From Dendrobates tinctorius (Eukaryota): a DNA stretch of 64,000 nucleotides. The notes under the pieces are model-generated. The model saw only the letters and a program-made list of their open reading frames with translations. It searched no databases and was not told the DNA's origin. The stretch covers positions 36,270,001 to 36,334,000 of the forward strand of contig NW_027361707.1 of the NCBI RefSeq assembly GCF_039654945.1, read 5' to 3'. Positions 23,640-37,947 of the stretch are shown here, piece by piece. A program made the translations under genes and the position numbers. The first letter of the stretch is position 1. Each line of letters begins with the position of its first letter.

Positions 23640-25440
23640 TCTCAACATTGAAATTGCAACACCAAGTAGGAAAAGTTGTGGAATTATGGAAATCAATAAA
23701 TCGATATATGTCAATTATATGGAAATGATGAAAAAAATGGAAGCAAAATTTTCCAAACATCTCGATCTATTCAGTATTATGACCACCACATGCCGAATGG
23801 CTGCTGTCAATGACATTATTAATGGTTGCCTGAGGAATGTTCTGCCACGCTGAATGCACTTTGGCAGCAAATCATCAAGATCCGCTCCTGGCAGCTCCTT
23901 TGTAATTACCGACCAATAACATCCCAGATGTGCTTGATGGGAAACAATTCTGGAGACATTGCAGGCCATAGTAGCACATTTAGGCCTCACAGTACCACAA
24001 GCAATAAGCAGTCTGGCATTGCTGTGTTGAAAAATAACTCCTGGGACACTTTGGAGAAATGGCAGTAGCATTGGTTCTACGACCAAATTAATGTAACGGT
24101 GATCTGGCTACCATACATTATGCCGCCCCACATCATAATCCTAGGAGTATAACAATTGTGATGTTCCCTCTTGAAGGCTTCTTCATGGTGGTGTCCAATT
24201 GCTCTAAAGACAAATCTCCGGCTGTCATTGCATTCAAGACAAAAGTGGGACTCATTGCTGAACAGGATAGACTTCCATTCTGTCACGGTCACTGTGTGTC
24301 TGGGCGCAAGTGTTACCGCAAGACGAACCCACAACACACGTGACCCTGGATACAGCGCCTCCAGTGGGGCGAATTTAAATAATAAAACGTGCAGATGGAT
24401 ACACCGCCTCCACCTGGCGAATTTAGGTATTACACGTTAATATAAATTCTGGAAACCCCGCCTCCAGTGCGGCGAATTTAAATAATAAGGGGGACCTGGG
24501 AAACATTAACAATGGTGGGCCCTGCGATAGGGAATAGGGAAGTGGAGACCTCCTGAGCTCCCCTGAGCCAGTGTCCCTGCACTCCTAACGTTCCCTATGC
24601 CTGTTCCGCACCGGGCACCGCACGCGTACCTCAAAGCCCTTGCTCGCCCTGACCCTAAACCCTCACTAGGGAATTGGTCGGTGCGGAAACTAATCCCACC
24701 ACTGCACTAACAACACACATGAGGAAAGAAGACAATACAGGGGGACACCACTTAGCTTTATGCTCTGTGCTTATGCTCCTGCAACAGAGCCCTCCACCTG
24801 CGTGCGTCTTCTCCTCCACCCGGATCCATCACCATAACAGGATCCTTCACCATAGTGCTGCCTAGGAGCAGAGTCCACCACCAGTTGCTGCTGCTTAGTA
24901 ACAGAGTCCCAAAGATGAGTTCAGCTTCTGACACGAAGTCAAGCATGCTTGAGTCCAGCTCAGCAGCCAAGTCCCACATGGTGAGTGCCACTCTCCATAG
25001 TCGCCACTCCACCAGTCCATGCAGACACTTCCCGCTGATACCATCACTGCGACCCCACCACGCCATGCCAGCCCTTCGTCCAGACACCATAGCTGACACA
25101 CTTCCCCCCTGGCTAAGCTGCGCAGGACTCCTCCTCAGCTCCATCCTTCCACCAGGCTCTCACCAACTCAGAATCCATGAAAGAATGAATGAATATCACC
25201 AGCCGTGATTGCACACCCTGAGACTCATTTATAGAGCCCCACACCTGAATCATAATTACAGAGAACTTTAAACTGAAAACCTAAGGTGCGATACCACTAA
25301 CCACCACCGGGGACAGTCAAGTCACCTTGGCAACTTGCCAAAAGGAAAAAAGTTCACTCTGTGCTTTTAAAACTGTCAGATCACTTCAGATCATGACACA
25401 TTCCAGCCACCATTGCCATCTTACTCTGCACTATGATAGC
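23640..25440 (-). mobile_element. Decayed Tc1 transposase split by a solo LTR
   Basis: Peptides 'EWKSILFSNESHFCL','IMMWGGI','IFQHSNAR'. The frame resumes across the 24281-25398 insert. Boundaries are approximate. Confidence 0.75.
24281..25398. mobile_element. Solo LTR
   Basis: TGTCAC...ATGACA ends, with 5-bp TSD CATTC at 24276-24280 and 25399-25403. Confidence 0.85.
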
Positions 25441-28084
25441 CTTTAAAACAGGTGTTGTGATGTCAATAGAGCACCTGTAATTGGACGTCTGGCTCGGAGC
25501 CCAATGTTGGGCACACTCCTTCAGATGGTTTTTTAAATCCGTTTGATGTCTTAAACTTAGTATGTGATGTCTAAGTTCACTTGCAGTATACAATGGATCA
25601 ATTATTTTCCCAGGGGTATGGCTATTTCTCCAAAGTATCCCAAGTGCTGTTTTTCAACATGACAACACCATTCCACATGATGCTGATGCTACTGTGAGTA
25701 GCCTAAATGTGTTACCAGGCATCTGTAGGGTCTCCAGACTTGTCATCCATCAAGCACATCACATCTGGGACGTTATTTTTCGGAACTTCCAAAAGGAGCT
25801 GCCAGCAGAGGATCTTGATGGTTTCCGTGACAAGTATCTTTCCATCTATCATATCGGCAAAGCTAATAGGTAAAATATACCACTGTGTGCCTATACAGAT
25901 ATTGGAATAGGTTGGGGCTTACTTGATAAACTTGTGGGTGCAAGTGAAGGAAGTGTGGAAACCCCTAATGTCAATGTCCATAAAGGACTCAATGCTCACG
26001 CTCTGGTATAATGCAGTCAATGAAATATTAGTTTATTTTCAAATATGTAAATTCTGGAGGATAGTCTTCTCCGTCGACCAAAATAATCTCACTTTTTGAC
26101 TCTCTGGGGTCTTTGTAAGAAGGTCACTGGGTGACAAACGTAAAATAAATATTACTTACATATGTACAACCAGTTGATTATAAAATGAATATTGTCAGCT
26201 ATGCAAAATAGCCATTATAAAGCAAGTGGAGCAGAATTGTATACTAAATTATACTTCAACAAGCATGTATTACAGATGTGATGAGGTCTAATTTGTAAAT
26301 GCATCGATGGTATGAATGCAAATACATAAAGAAACCATACATATTGTACTGTATATATATATATGTATATAATAATTTCTGAGTCAGTGCTGACACATAA
26401 AAATACATACACTATGAAGCATACACCAGTCTGGACAAGACTGACATGTGCATGAAGTGGCTGTATCGTAAATGCGTAAATAATATTTATTGTACGTTTG
26501 TCACTTAGTTCTACAGAAAATCTCATTTTTGTGCTTTCCATCCCAGCAATCTCCTCAACAAAGACCCGGGAAGGTCGAGATGACACGTAATTTTGTCACC
26601 AGAGTAGTGTATCCTACTGAATTTCTGTATTAGAAAATAAACAAATATTTCATTTATTGCATTTTGCTAAAGAATGATCATTGGATCCTTTATGGTTATT
26701 GCCTGTACAGCTATACGTAGGCTAATCTTACTGGTGTATATTTTCAACGTACACTGCAAATACCACGTGAATGCCAAGAAGATGAGCAAATCTGCCAAAG
26801 AATAATTTACTGGAAATAGACTGTACAATAATGTGCATCGTTCTGGTGTGAGACCCTCTCCAGACCACAGAACATAATAACCAGGGAAAACAAAATGAAA
26901 AAAAAATCATACTCACCTGTCCTGCCTTCACCTGTCCCCCACGCAGCCCTGCTCTGGTCCTCATGTCTTCTTCTGTCTGGTCACTGATACATTCTCATCA
27001 TCTTATCTATGGAATGCATCCACGGAAGAGAGTTGTAAATTAAGGTGTAATAAAACAACCATTGGAGACAAGGTGAAATGTGAAGTCATTGGGTGGTAAG
27101 GTTTTTCCCATGCTTTCACATTAGGAAAGCTGGGGGGAAGGCATGCCATCCAGGCAAAAGGCTCCAATACACAGATGAAAATTGGCTGAACAGATTTCAA
27201 CAGGACCGGCCGACGATCTGATTCTTATGGGGGCTCCTGACTCTTAGAGGTGATGTTGGGGGAGAGAAGGTGTCTGGTAGCGGCTTTCTTCTCTCTCCTG
27301 CGCTCTTGTATATAGGGGAGTTGGGAGTCGTAACGAGCATTTGGCCAACAACTATCTCATGAGTGTGTCCAGTTTTAGCTCCTAACGCATAGTTTTTGTC
27401 CCCTGTGCTATGAAGTTGTCACTTTTTGATAATTTGATTGCATGGTTTGGAACTGTTAAAGGAAAGAGATAGCATAAGATTTAATAAATCTGGGGACATG
27501 TAACTCATCCATCAAAACTATCTACACCATCGATCGGTACATAAAGCAATCTCCATGCACATCCCAGGGTCAGGCCCCCATACACATTAGGCTAATGTCG
27601 GCCGACCCTGACAATGGTCTGATGTTTATGGCGGCACCAGATGACTGTCGATTGGGGAAGATGTCTATCGCACATATCCGATTTCGAACTGCGGATCATA
27701 TTGTTCTGTCAGAGATCAGCCACCAGTAGAGACGTCAGTCCGCAACTTTGTCATAGAGAACACAGGAACACTCGGCTGATCGACCGCTCCTGTGTACGGG
27801 AGACTCTGCTGTGATTACTGTCAGCTGAAATATCAGCCAATTCAAAGTTCATGCAATAAGTCATCAAATGTGTATGGCCAAGATAATAGACACAAGTAAC
27901 AATGGTGCCCTATAGCAAAACTTCTAATGAACTCACAATGGCTACCGTCAGAGGGAAGATCGGAACGTGAAAAGTGTAGGATTATTTTGGTCCCCCGCCT
28001 TTTTTCACTAGTTTTAAATCCACAATCACACTTGCCGATCCTAATCAAACTCCACTTTGTCTCTTTTGTGTGTTGAAAGGCTTA

Positions 28085-28813
28085 GGCCATGCTCACATGT
28101 CTAGTCATCCGTTAGAACGGATCCAGCAGTGATCTGTTGACAAAAAAGTTGTGCTCACACAAAAAAAAATCTGATTTCTACTGGATCCAATTTTTTAACA
28201 TTGAAGTCTATGGAAAATGTATCCGTTAGCGATCTGTTTTCTTCCATTTGAAACTGATCCAGCCAACAAAAAATAGATCCTTTCAAATTAAAGAAAAACA
28301 GATAGCTGATTAACAGATCCTTTTTCCATAGACTTCAGTGTTAAAAATTGGATCTGGATGAAATCAGTTTTTTTTTCAGCTGGACCTAAAAGTTCTGTCT
28401 GCACAACTTTTTTGGCCATGATTTGCTGCTGGATCTGTTCTAACCAGGTACGGACTGGGGCTGAAATTCATCCCTGGCATTTGAAATCACACCGGCCCAT
28501 GCTGTCCCTTTCCCCAAGCACCAGATGGGAGATATTACTAATATTACCCTGGATGGAGGAAAGACAGATTTACTATAAGACCAATATTTCTAATAATACC
28601 CGTGGCCTGCTGGAATAAGTGACGGAGTCAGCGACTTTTTGCTTTCTCACAACACTTAGCAGTATGAGTGTCTTGAGAACACCGATTCTGTTAACAACGT
28701 AGCAGACAAGGCAGCCCATGACCAGACAAGCCCTTCTGACATTTGCCAGAATTGCCAGATGACCTGTCTGGCCCTGGTTCTAACGGATCATTTCTGAACA
28801 TATGAATATCGCC
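28085..28813. mobile_element. Harbinger-type MITE containing a nested hAT MITE (28445-28776)
   Basis: Outer element has TTA flanks and inverted arms. Inner element is CAGGTACGGACTGG..CCTGTCTGGCCCTG with an exact 8-bp TSD GTTCTAAC (28437-28444, 28777-28784). Confidence 0.8.
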
Positions 28814-28992
28814 TTAGTAGTTACTGTATGACAGTCGCCCAAGTGAAACAGAAGGTTGGACATGTTTGGTTTTCACTCGTCAAAATATTATTGGAAAATG
28901 TAGTCATTTTGGGGTTTTTTTTAATGTAGTTTTTATGGAGGATTCATTATGATTCAGTCATGTAGTAACAGTATTGTGTTTTCTGCTTCCAG

Positions 28993-29172
28993 TATTTCCA
29001 GACATGGTAAAAACACTGAACACCACCCTCCACGTGATCATTATCCTCTTCCTCTTTGCCGCCATTTCTTTTGCTCTGATCAGTGCTGGATTCTGTATAT
29101 ACAACGCACTGAAAGTCCCATACCGCTCCATTAAGGGTCCGGCAGGGATTTGTCTCTGGAATTTCATTGCAG
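28993..29172 (+). CDS. CLRN2: Clarin-2, coding exon 2 (180 bp)
   Basis: ttccag|TA TTT CCA..ATT GCA G|gtaaat. Translates as IFPDMVKTLNTTLHVIIILFLFAAISFALISAGFCIYNALKVPYRSIKGPAGICLWNFIA. Confidence 0.96.
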
Positions 29173-30901
29173 GTAAATTCACATGCATTTCATATCTCTG
29201 ATGTAAGGATGGGAAGATGAGGTCATGCAGCTGCTATGGGGCCGGGACCTTTGGTCCCATATTCATTGCCATTGAGTAGTGCGATCCTGTGCAGGTCTCC
29301 CCCCATACAGAGAAACCACATTGTTAGCAAAGAAAGGGGTGAGAATTGCTACAATATATCACAGTGTGGTGACCCCTTTGTCCTGGCTGCTAAAGTCCAA
29401 CATAATAATGGGAACCCATTTTGGTCTTAAAGTATACCATTCATTTTGGGTTTTTATTACAGATGAGCGAATATGTTCGAATACGATTTCCGAATCCCAA
29501 TTTGCCTTATCGTTGCACCTATTCGTGCAGAATTTATGTTTGATGATTGTTTGCAAACATATTTGCTCATTTCTGCTCCCATTGACTCCAATGGCGTTCG
29601 GCAATGTTCAGCGAATATTGCAAAAACAATATTCGCTAACGATCGTAATCCAAACCGAATATTGGAAAATTCACTCCACTCTAGTTTTTATATATTGCTT
29701 CCTTACATTGGATGCTGATCAGTGTGGGTCCAGGTCATGAGACCCCCCTGATTGCTGAAAAGATAGCTCAGACTGTCACTACTCAGAAGGCTGATGAGCT
29801 GAGCTCCCGCACGCAGCGTCAGCGTGGTGTACCGGCACAAGAGAAAGTCTATGAACCCATGTAGTAAGCGTTACGCAGGAGTTATATACCCTAATTCCAG
29901 CTAAAACAGACAATTTCATAAGATGGACCTTTTCCAAGATAACTCATAGTGTCTATGCTATCCTGCCCATGGTTTAACCCCCTTAGCACTACATGACTAC
30001 CACTATACCAGTGGGATGGGCCATATGAGCTCGCTGCTGACACATACAGGACACTGACCCCCCTCAGCCGAACCCCCTTAAGTTTGTCTACGCTATTAAA
30101 ATGGTCACAGTTGGGTTCTCCTTCTTTCCGCCCATTGTTACCGTCCACCTGTAAATGTGGAGGTGTCAATGCCCCCATGGCTGTCATCTTACAGTAGTTC
30201 TTTTGTTATACTGACAGGTCTCATATACTGAAGTACAGAAGTATTCATGACATTACATACAAAAAAATCTATTGTAGCAATGTGTTATTTTTACCGGTTA
30301 AACCTGATCCAAAAATGTGTTTCACCTGTAAAAACCTTGTTGCCAAAAATCTCAGCAACACATGGCAGAATCACTGGCTGCTTTTCTGTACTTAACAAGA
30401 GCACAAGGTATATTGTAATAAAATTATATTAAAATTATTATGTAAAAGCTTAATACCAGGAAAGTGCTTGCTTTAATGGAGTTGTTTAGGATTAGAAGGG
30501 AAGATCAACTGTGATTGAGACTGAGTGAGACTCCATGGACCACTCCTTTAAGAACTTTATTGCTATCTGTCATTTGGGGTAAACTTTAGAGGCCTCCGGT
30601 TCTGGACTTACTTTGCTGTCGCTTCTGTTCTTCTCTGCAGGTGATCTACTGCTTGGAAGAAACAGACCACGACCCATTAAGAAAAGTTTATAATAGCCAA
30701 AAATCATTTTACCAAAAAAGAGGTGATACTATTTAGATTGGTGTGGGTCTCCTCATTGGGGATGTGTCTAGCGTTCCCTGGGATAAATAAAAAAATGAAT
30801 TTCCTGGGTTTTTTTTGCTAATTTAAAGGGGCTTTCCATGTTTATATTTTTTTCACTGCACAGGCCAACTCTGATAAAAAAAAAAAAAAAAAAACAAGTC
30901 A

Positions 30902-31359
30902 GGCCTGTTTCACACTTCAGTTTTTGACATCAGTCAAAATCTGTCAGTGTGAAAAAACAGATCCGTTTCCGTTTTGCCACAAGCGGATGTCACAGGATCC
31001 GTTTTTGGAGCCAAGGTGATGAAATTTAAAGTTAAATGACTCTGGAAAAGGAGAGAGAGAGAGATCTGCCGCCCGTAGGCAACCATTATAACGAATGGTG
31101 GATAGCTGCGGATCCGTTGTTATCCGCTATTTTGACGCAGCCAAAAAACGTTTCGTTGTCCGTCAACTCAAGTCAGCGGACGCCAAAATTATGGCGGATC
31201 CGTCAAAAAACGGATCCAACGGATGGCCATCCGTCAAAATCCGCCGCTATTGCAAGTCAATGGGGAAAAAAACGGATCCGCCAAAAAAATGGTGGATCCG
31301 TTTTTTTGCAAAACGGTGGATTTTGACTGATGGCAACAAACGGAAATGTGAAACAGGCC
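30902..31359. mobile_element. Harbinger-type MITE
   Basis: TIR GGCCTGTTTCACA / TGTGAAACAGGCC, with flanks TCA and TTA. Confidence 0.8.
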
Positions 31360-31785
31360 TTACATAACCCACTGCTACCTCAGCGATGCCTTAATGCTGC
31401 TGCGCCCACAAGAAATGTTTACTATGCCAGCAGCAGTGATGTCATGGCTACATCATGTAAACACTGCAGCCAATCATTCTGCTCAGTGTTCATGTGCCAT
31501 ATGCTGATGAGCCACCTGATTTGATGTCAAGTGCTGTTTTCGTGACATGAGCTGCCATGTCAACAAAGACCAGTGGCATGTGGTAAGTAAAGCCGCACAG
31601 AGGCAGCATTTGCACTAAAAAATCTAAACTTGGAAAAACCCCTTTACAATGAGTAAACATAAACACCGTAGACATAAAATAGTTCTTACTGTTTTCCTTG
31701 TACATACTGAGTGGTGGGCACACATGGCTAAGCTTCAGGGAAGGTGCCAACAAACCAATTACCGTGGCCATGGTGTTTGGATATG

Positions 31786-34700
31786 GAGTATATCACAAAA
31801 GTGAGTACACCCTTCATATTTTTGTAAATATTTTATTATATATTTTCATAGGACAACACTGAAAATATGAGACTTTGATAAAATGTACAGTAGTCAGTGT
31901 ACTAACCTATTTGGTTCAGATGGTGTCAATCGTGTGTGGCCACAACCAGGTGAGAAGTTCAAAGACAAGTGTGTCATGCCTACCGTCAGGCATGGTGTTG
32001 GGAGTGCCATAGTTTGGGGCTGCATGAGTGCTGTCGGCTGTGGAAAGCTATAGTTCATTGATAGAACCACGAATGCCAACATGTATTGTGACATACAGAA
32101 GCATAACATGACCTCCTCCTTTTGGAAACTGGGTGTCAGGGCAGTATTCGAGCATAACAACCCCAAAATCACCTTCAAGATCACCACTACCTTGCTAAGG
32201 AAACTGAGGGCAAAGTTCTGGACTGGCCAAGCTCTGCCTTGTTCCTCCCTATGGTCTCTGTCTTTGCTTGCTCTGCCTCGCTCTCTCTGCTATGGTGCTT
32301 TGTAGTGCTCCCTGGTACACGCACCATTCTTCCTCTCTTTCAGTTTGTGCTCTTTTCCATGTCTAGTCCCAAGGCTCTGCCTTGGCCCGGCTCTGGGCTT
32401 CGGCCTACGCTCCGCTGCTAGACTCTTTCCTATTATGCTCTCTTGCACGTTTCTAGGCTAGTCCCAAGGTTCTTCCTTGGCCCGGCTCTGGGCTTCGGCC
32501 TACGCTCCGCTGCTAGCTCTGTTCTTGCTCTGACCTGATTCCGTGTTTCTGCCTATGCTTCCGTTCCTGGTTCTGTACTCTGAAGCCCTGCCTTGTTTCT
32601 CGTCTTGTCTTCCCTTCCTCTGTTTCTTCGTATGCTCTTTGCATGCGCCTGGCCTTCCTAGCCTCCTGTTTGTGCCTCAGCTGTGCCTGCCCTAGCCGTG
32701 CCCGCCTGCTTGTGCCTCAGCCATGCTCGTCGGTCAGTGACAGCTGTGTCGCCTGCCATGCCTCAGTCGGGTTCGCTGGAGTCTTGCCCGTCTGTCTGTG
32801 CCGCAGCCCGATCAGCTAGCCAGTGCCCCAGCCGTGCCCTCTGTGCTCCCTTGCACTTCACGCTGTTTCTGCACTGTGCTCTGCATGCTCTCTAAAGCAC
32901 GCGCAGGCCCTCGCCTGCCCATGGCATACCTCCCCATGCTTCTGTAAAAGTACGCGCAGGATTTGCCATGTCCCCTGTCGTGCCCTCTTGTTCTAACCCG
33001 GTCCTTGAACCCTGACCCTGGCATGCCTCTCTGTTATGAGTTCATTTTCCCCTTCACCATTGAGGTCTGATGAACTCCCTCTTCTGGTGAAGGAAGGTAG
33101 TGAGGCTGATTACCAAGCACCTGAGCTGGGAGAGGATGACTGGGCGACGGGGATCTCTGACTGGATATAAGGCAGCCGACGCCCTTCTGCCTCGCTGGTG
33201 ATTTCTCTGTGGAATTCTAGGAGACCAGTCTGATTCCTGCTCCTCAAAAGCTAAGTTTTCTGCTTTGCCTTTTTGCATTTGTGTTTTGGTTTTTGTTTGC
33301 CTTGCTTTTCTGGATTCTGCCATTCCCTGCTGGGGTGAGCTGAATTCCTTTTTTGTCTGTTTGCTCTGTCTTCAGAAAATACGTGAGTACTGACATAGTC
33401 TTTTTGAAGCCTAGCGTCTTCAGGGCCTTTTTCCCTGTCAGTCTGTTGGTTCTTATTTTGATAGGGTTTTTCGCGGATTGCAGACAGCAGCTTTCCTATC
33501 CTGTCCTATCTAGTTAGCTTGGGCCCCATCATTTGCTCAGTCTATCTTTCTATCTGTGTTAGTATTTTTTCTTCTTGCTTCACCGTCATTATATGTTGGG
33601 GGCTGCCTATTGCTTTGGGGTCTGCTCTGGGGCAGTTTAGATTTCCCTTTCTGTCTTTAGGCTAGGCAGTTCTCCGGCTGTGATCGAGGGGTCTAGGGCA
33701 TCGTAGGAACCCACCACGGCTACTGCTAGTTGTTGTTGATAGGTTCAGGGGTCTGCAATCCGATAGCTGCCAACTTCTCTGGTTTTCTGGACTTAGCTAG
33801 CATTTCTGTTTTTGCCTCCTACGGTGACTCATTCATAACACCTCTCTGCACGCGCAGGACTCTGCCTCGCCTGACCCTGGCATGCCCCTTTGCACGAGCA
33901 GGACTCTGTCTTGTACCTTGTGCCTTGGCATGTCTCTACACACGCACTCTGCCTTGTACCTTGTGCCTTGGCGTGTCTCTACACACGCACTCTGTCTTGT
34001 ACCTTGTGCCTTGGCGTGTCTCTACACACGCACTCTGTCTTGTGCCTTGGCGTGTCTCGTCTCTACACACGCACCCTGTCTCGTTTTGTGAACCCTGGCG
34101 TGTCCCCTACACACGCACCTTGCCTTGCACCTAGCCTTGAACCCTGGCGAGTCCCCTACACACGCACCTAGCCTTGCACCTAGCCTTGGACCTTGGCGTG
34201 TTCCCTAACACGCACCATGCCTGGATATCTGATGTGCCTCCTTGCCTGAAACCTGGTTTGCCTGCCGGATGCCCGGAACCTGCCGATCGCTGCCAGAGAT
34301 CGTAAGCTGGATGACTGCGGCCTGATGTCCGGAGCTGGTGTCCGCAGCCTGATGCCTTGATCATGTCGATCGTTGCCAACGGTCCGGAGTCCGATGCCAT
34401 TGTGCCTTTACCTGTACCCAGGCGTGCCACCTGGCACGTACCATGCTATGGACCTTGGTGTGCCCACGCACGCACTTTGCACGTTTTGCTTGTTCTCACG
34501 TTTTTACACTGAATGTGACCCTGAAGATCTTAATGAAGATACCTTGCACTTACCTCTTGTCTTGTCTTATTTCCTGCCTGTCCCTGGTCGTCAGACACTC
34601 CCGCAGTGTCCCCCTGAGCTGGCCGTCTGGTCCTAGCAGTCGTGCTGGCTCACCCCCTTGGTCTTGCCCCTGACACTCCCTGTACAGGGGGTGGGTTCTC

Positions 34701-35830
34701 ACTAGGTCAGCTCGCCCTAGGTGGGTGGGTGCCACGGCCCAGAGGGTCCACTCTAAAAAGGAAAATGGGCTCAGCAGAAGCTGAGTCCGTCACACTCCAT
34801 GTCTTGAGCCCAGTGCAGGCTTTGACCTGCACACCTGGGGTTTATTATTGTGGCCTCTGTTTGGCTTGGGTAGAGCTTCTTATAGCCCTGGGAAGATCCA
34901 ATCCCCATCAGTTGTACTTTTGCCCTTGGCCGAGTGTGGTGACCCCTGTGTGTCTGTGCCTTGTGCCTGTCTTCTAGCTTGCTTCTATGGTTCTGACCCA
35001 GTTCTGTCCCCCGTTGTGAGTTTGTCTTTTGATTCTGTACTGTGTATCTGCTTCTCTGGTGTCTGATTACTGCTACGTCCTGATTATCCGCTCTGTCTAA
35101 TCCTTTGGTACTGTCGTACTATCTCGTGCTTTGACCCCGGCCTGATCTGGTTTATGTCCCTGTCTCTGCCCCTTGGTAACTTTGTCCCGTAGTTATCCTT
35201 CTAGGAGTTTTCCTTCAGCTCCTAGCTCTCTGGAGCTTAGGCCACACCCCCAGCAGTCACGTGCTTCAGGTCCTATTGGTCTAGCACGCATCTTCACCAC
35301 TGCTGCCCCGCTCCACAGGTATCTTGAGGCGCAGTTGTCTTACTCAGGACACACGCCCCTTTTCAGTGAGCAAGTGCGGTGCGGTGTTCTTGACACTCCA
35401 GACTTAAACCTTATTGAGCATCTGTGGTGCATCCTCAAATGGAAGGTGGATGAGTGCCAGGTCTCCAATGTCCACCAGCTCCATGATGTCATCATGGAGG
35501 AGTGAAAGAGGATTCCAGTGGCCACCGATGAAGCTCTAGTGAACTCCATGACCAAAAGAGTTAAGGCAGTGCTGGAAAATAATGGTGGCCACCCAAAATA
35601 TTTGGGCACAATTTGGCCATTTTCACTCAGGGGTGTACTCACTTTTGTTGCCAATGGTTTAGACCTTAATGGCTGCTGTTTTTTAGAGGGCGCACCAAAT
35701 TTACGTGGTTTTACAAGATGTATACTAACTTTACATTGTATCAAAGTGTCTGATCTTCAGTGTTCTCCTATGAAAAGATATAAAATATTTACAAAAATGT
35801 GAGGGGTGTATTCACTTTTGGGATATACTG
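31786..35830 (+). mobile_element. Deleted Tc1 element interrupted by about 3.2 kb of LTR-derived sequence (32233-35395)
   Basis: Long TIRs (AGTATATCACAAAAGTGAGTACACCC / GGGTGTATTCACTTTTGGGATATACTG-TA). Transposase remnants 'PTVRHGVGSAIVWGCM' lie before the insert and 'PDLNLIEHLW' after it. Confidence 0.88.
33032..33840 (+). mobile_element. Solo LTR nested in the LTR-derived insert
   Basis: TGTTATGA...TCATAACA ends, CCTCTC duplicated on both sides, and TATA-like GGATATAAGG at about 33163. Confidence 0.8.
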
Positions 35831-36020
35831 TAGGTCTAAGAGCAGGAAGCTTTGCTCTATGTTAAGGAAGGCACAGCTTAATCTCTGAGTTCAGCTGACA
35901 GCAGAGACATCAGAATGATCCAGCCCCGAAAACTGTCACCCCACACTTTTACTGATGCAATCTTTTACGCCCTGACTGAAAAATTGTTGTAGCTTTAATT
36001 CAAATTCAAATAAAGCTTAA

Positions 36021-37947
36021 AGTGAACCTGTCCACAGGATTGTGCTGAGTAACCCTGTAGGGATTCAACTCGCTCAGGAGCAACGGGAGACAATCAGGAG
36101 GCACGTTCCTTTAAAAGTTCATAAGGTTTATTGCTCCATAACCCATAAACCAGCACATAACATAAGGAATAGCCTTTAGCTCAGGCGAAAGTAAGTATAA
36201 GTGTCCATTGTTTCAGACTAAAGGTACTGTCACACTTAGCGATGTACCAGCGATCCCGACCAGCGATATGACGTGGTCAGGATCGCTGGTACATCGCTAA
36301 GTGGTCGCTAGTGAGCTGCCACACAGGCAGATCTCACTAGCGACATCACTGGGGACGGGGGTCGCTACTTACCTGTCACACCAGGCGATCCTGCGTCCTC
36401 CCGCCCGGCTCCACGCGTCGCTCGTCCTCACAGCAGGAAGCGCCGCAGGAAGCTGACGACGAGAAACGGTCCAGGACGTTCTTGCGCGATCAGCGATAAT
36501 CAGCAGTGGAGCGGGTCGCTGGTAAGTATCAGACACAGAGATATCGCTATAACGTCACTAGTTATAGCGATATTGCTAGCGATATCTCTTAGTGTGACAG
36601 GCCCTTTAGTCCTGGAGCCTCAGCAAACACAGGAGGCTTATCTCTCCTCACATACAGCCAATATACATAGGCCTCACCGGGTCAGCAGCCTCAGCATGTG
36701 GTCTTCCGGAAGGTAGCACACCTTCCTCCACTTAGGCCTCCCGGGACCTTCCACATGGCCCAATCAGATCCATGCGCTCTCTCTCATGTGACCGGACCTC
36801 AGGTACCTTATATGGTCCATAACCACACCCACAGGTGATCACATGGCTATGACCTCACTAAAGGTCCTATTACACACAGCCACACATATACTTTATTATG
36901 ACACTCTTAAACACACCCCTGGGTGGGTTTGTAGGTAACCAGGCCTGCCCATCTCTCTAGTTACATGGAGACTTCTCCCTTATACATTGAAGCAACACCT
37001 CAGCAATATCATTGCTGAACAACACATATGTCTCCATCCCAAAGCCACCCACTTTGGGATACATAATGGCCATTCCGTATTCTGCCATTCATCCTTTCTC
37101 CTGGGACATCCACACAGCGCCCCCTAGCGGACTCAGTGGTTACTACACCACAACCCACAGAAAGTGTCAGGTCGGCACCGTTATACTGATTAAAGTTATC
37201 TTGGTTGATGAAATTCATCTTGTGGTTGTTGTTTATTCTTTATTTGTAGTTTTTAGTTAATATTATGCTCGTGATCCGGGGCGACCTGTGGGGGTCTTCA
37301 TGTGGTGCTCTGATTAGGTATTCACCAGAATGGCTTCTGACAGGTCACTGATCCCTCACTGACCTGCTGCCTAGTTTACATAAAGAATATTATGTATACA
37401 TACTGAAAAAAACCTCTTCTGCAGGCATGTGCCGGCCATGTTACCTGTGCTACAGCATAATCGCATGTGTACTGTATTTATAATTAATGTGGTTAAGGTT
37501 ATCCTGATGTTAAAAAAAAATCCATTTGAAAATGGAGCCTGCGCAGTAGCAGCTATCGGTGTACATAGAGGTGATCCGATAGCAGCTATTGTGCATGCGC
37601 CGGCAATTATGTTGCAGCGAAGGTGCCACCGCTGGCGCCAGCCTGCAGAAGGGTTTTTTTTCCAAGATATACAGTATGTACATAATATTTATTATGTAAA
37701 CGAGGGGGCAGGTCTCTGAGGGATCAGAGACTTGTCAGAAGCCATACCTAATCAGAGCACCACATGAAGACCCCCCACAGGCCGCCCCCAGAGCACGAGC
37801 ATATCATTAACTCAAAACTGAAAATAAAGATTAAACAACAACCACAAGACGGATTTCATCAACCAAGGTATCATTGTAATCAGTATAACGGCGCCAACCT
37901 GACACTGTATGTAGGTTACTGTGCACAATCCTGCTGACAGGTTCCCT
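36021..37947. mobile_element. T2/Kolobok-type MITE hosting a solo LTR
   Basis: TTAA-AGTGAACCTGTC ... GACAGGTTCCCT-TTAA. The long inverted arms resume after 37156. Confidence 0.85.
36056..37152 (-). mobile_element. Solo LTR containing a Harbinger-type MITE (about 36222-36605)
   Basis: TGT...ACA ends with 4-bp TSD ACCC (36052-36055, 37153-37156). Minus-strand TATA (about 36810) and AATAAA (about 36130). Inner TIR is GGTACTGTCACACT / AGTGTGACAGGCCC. Confidence 0.8.
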
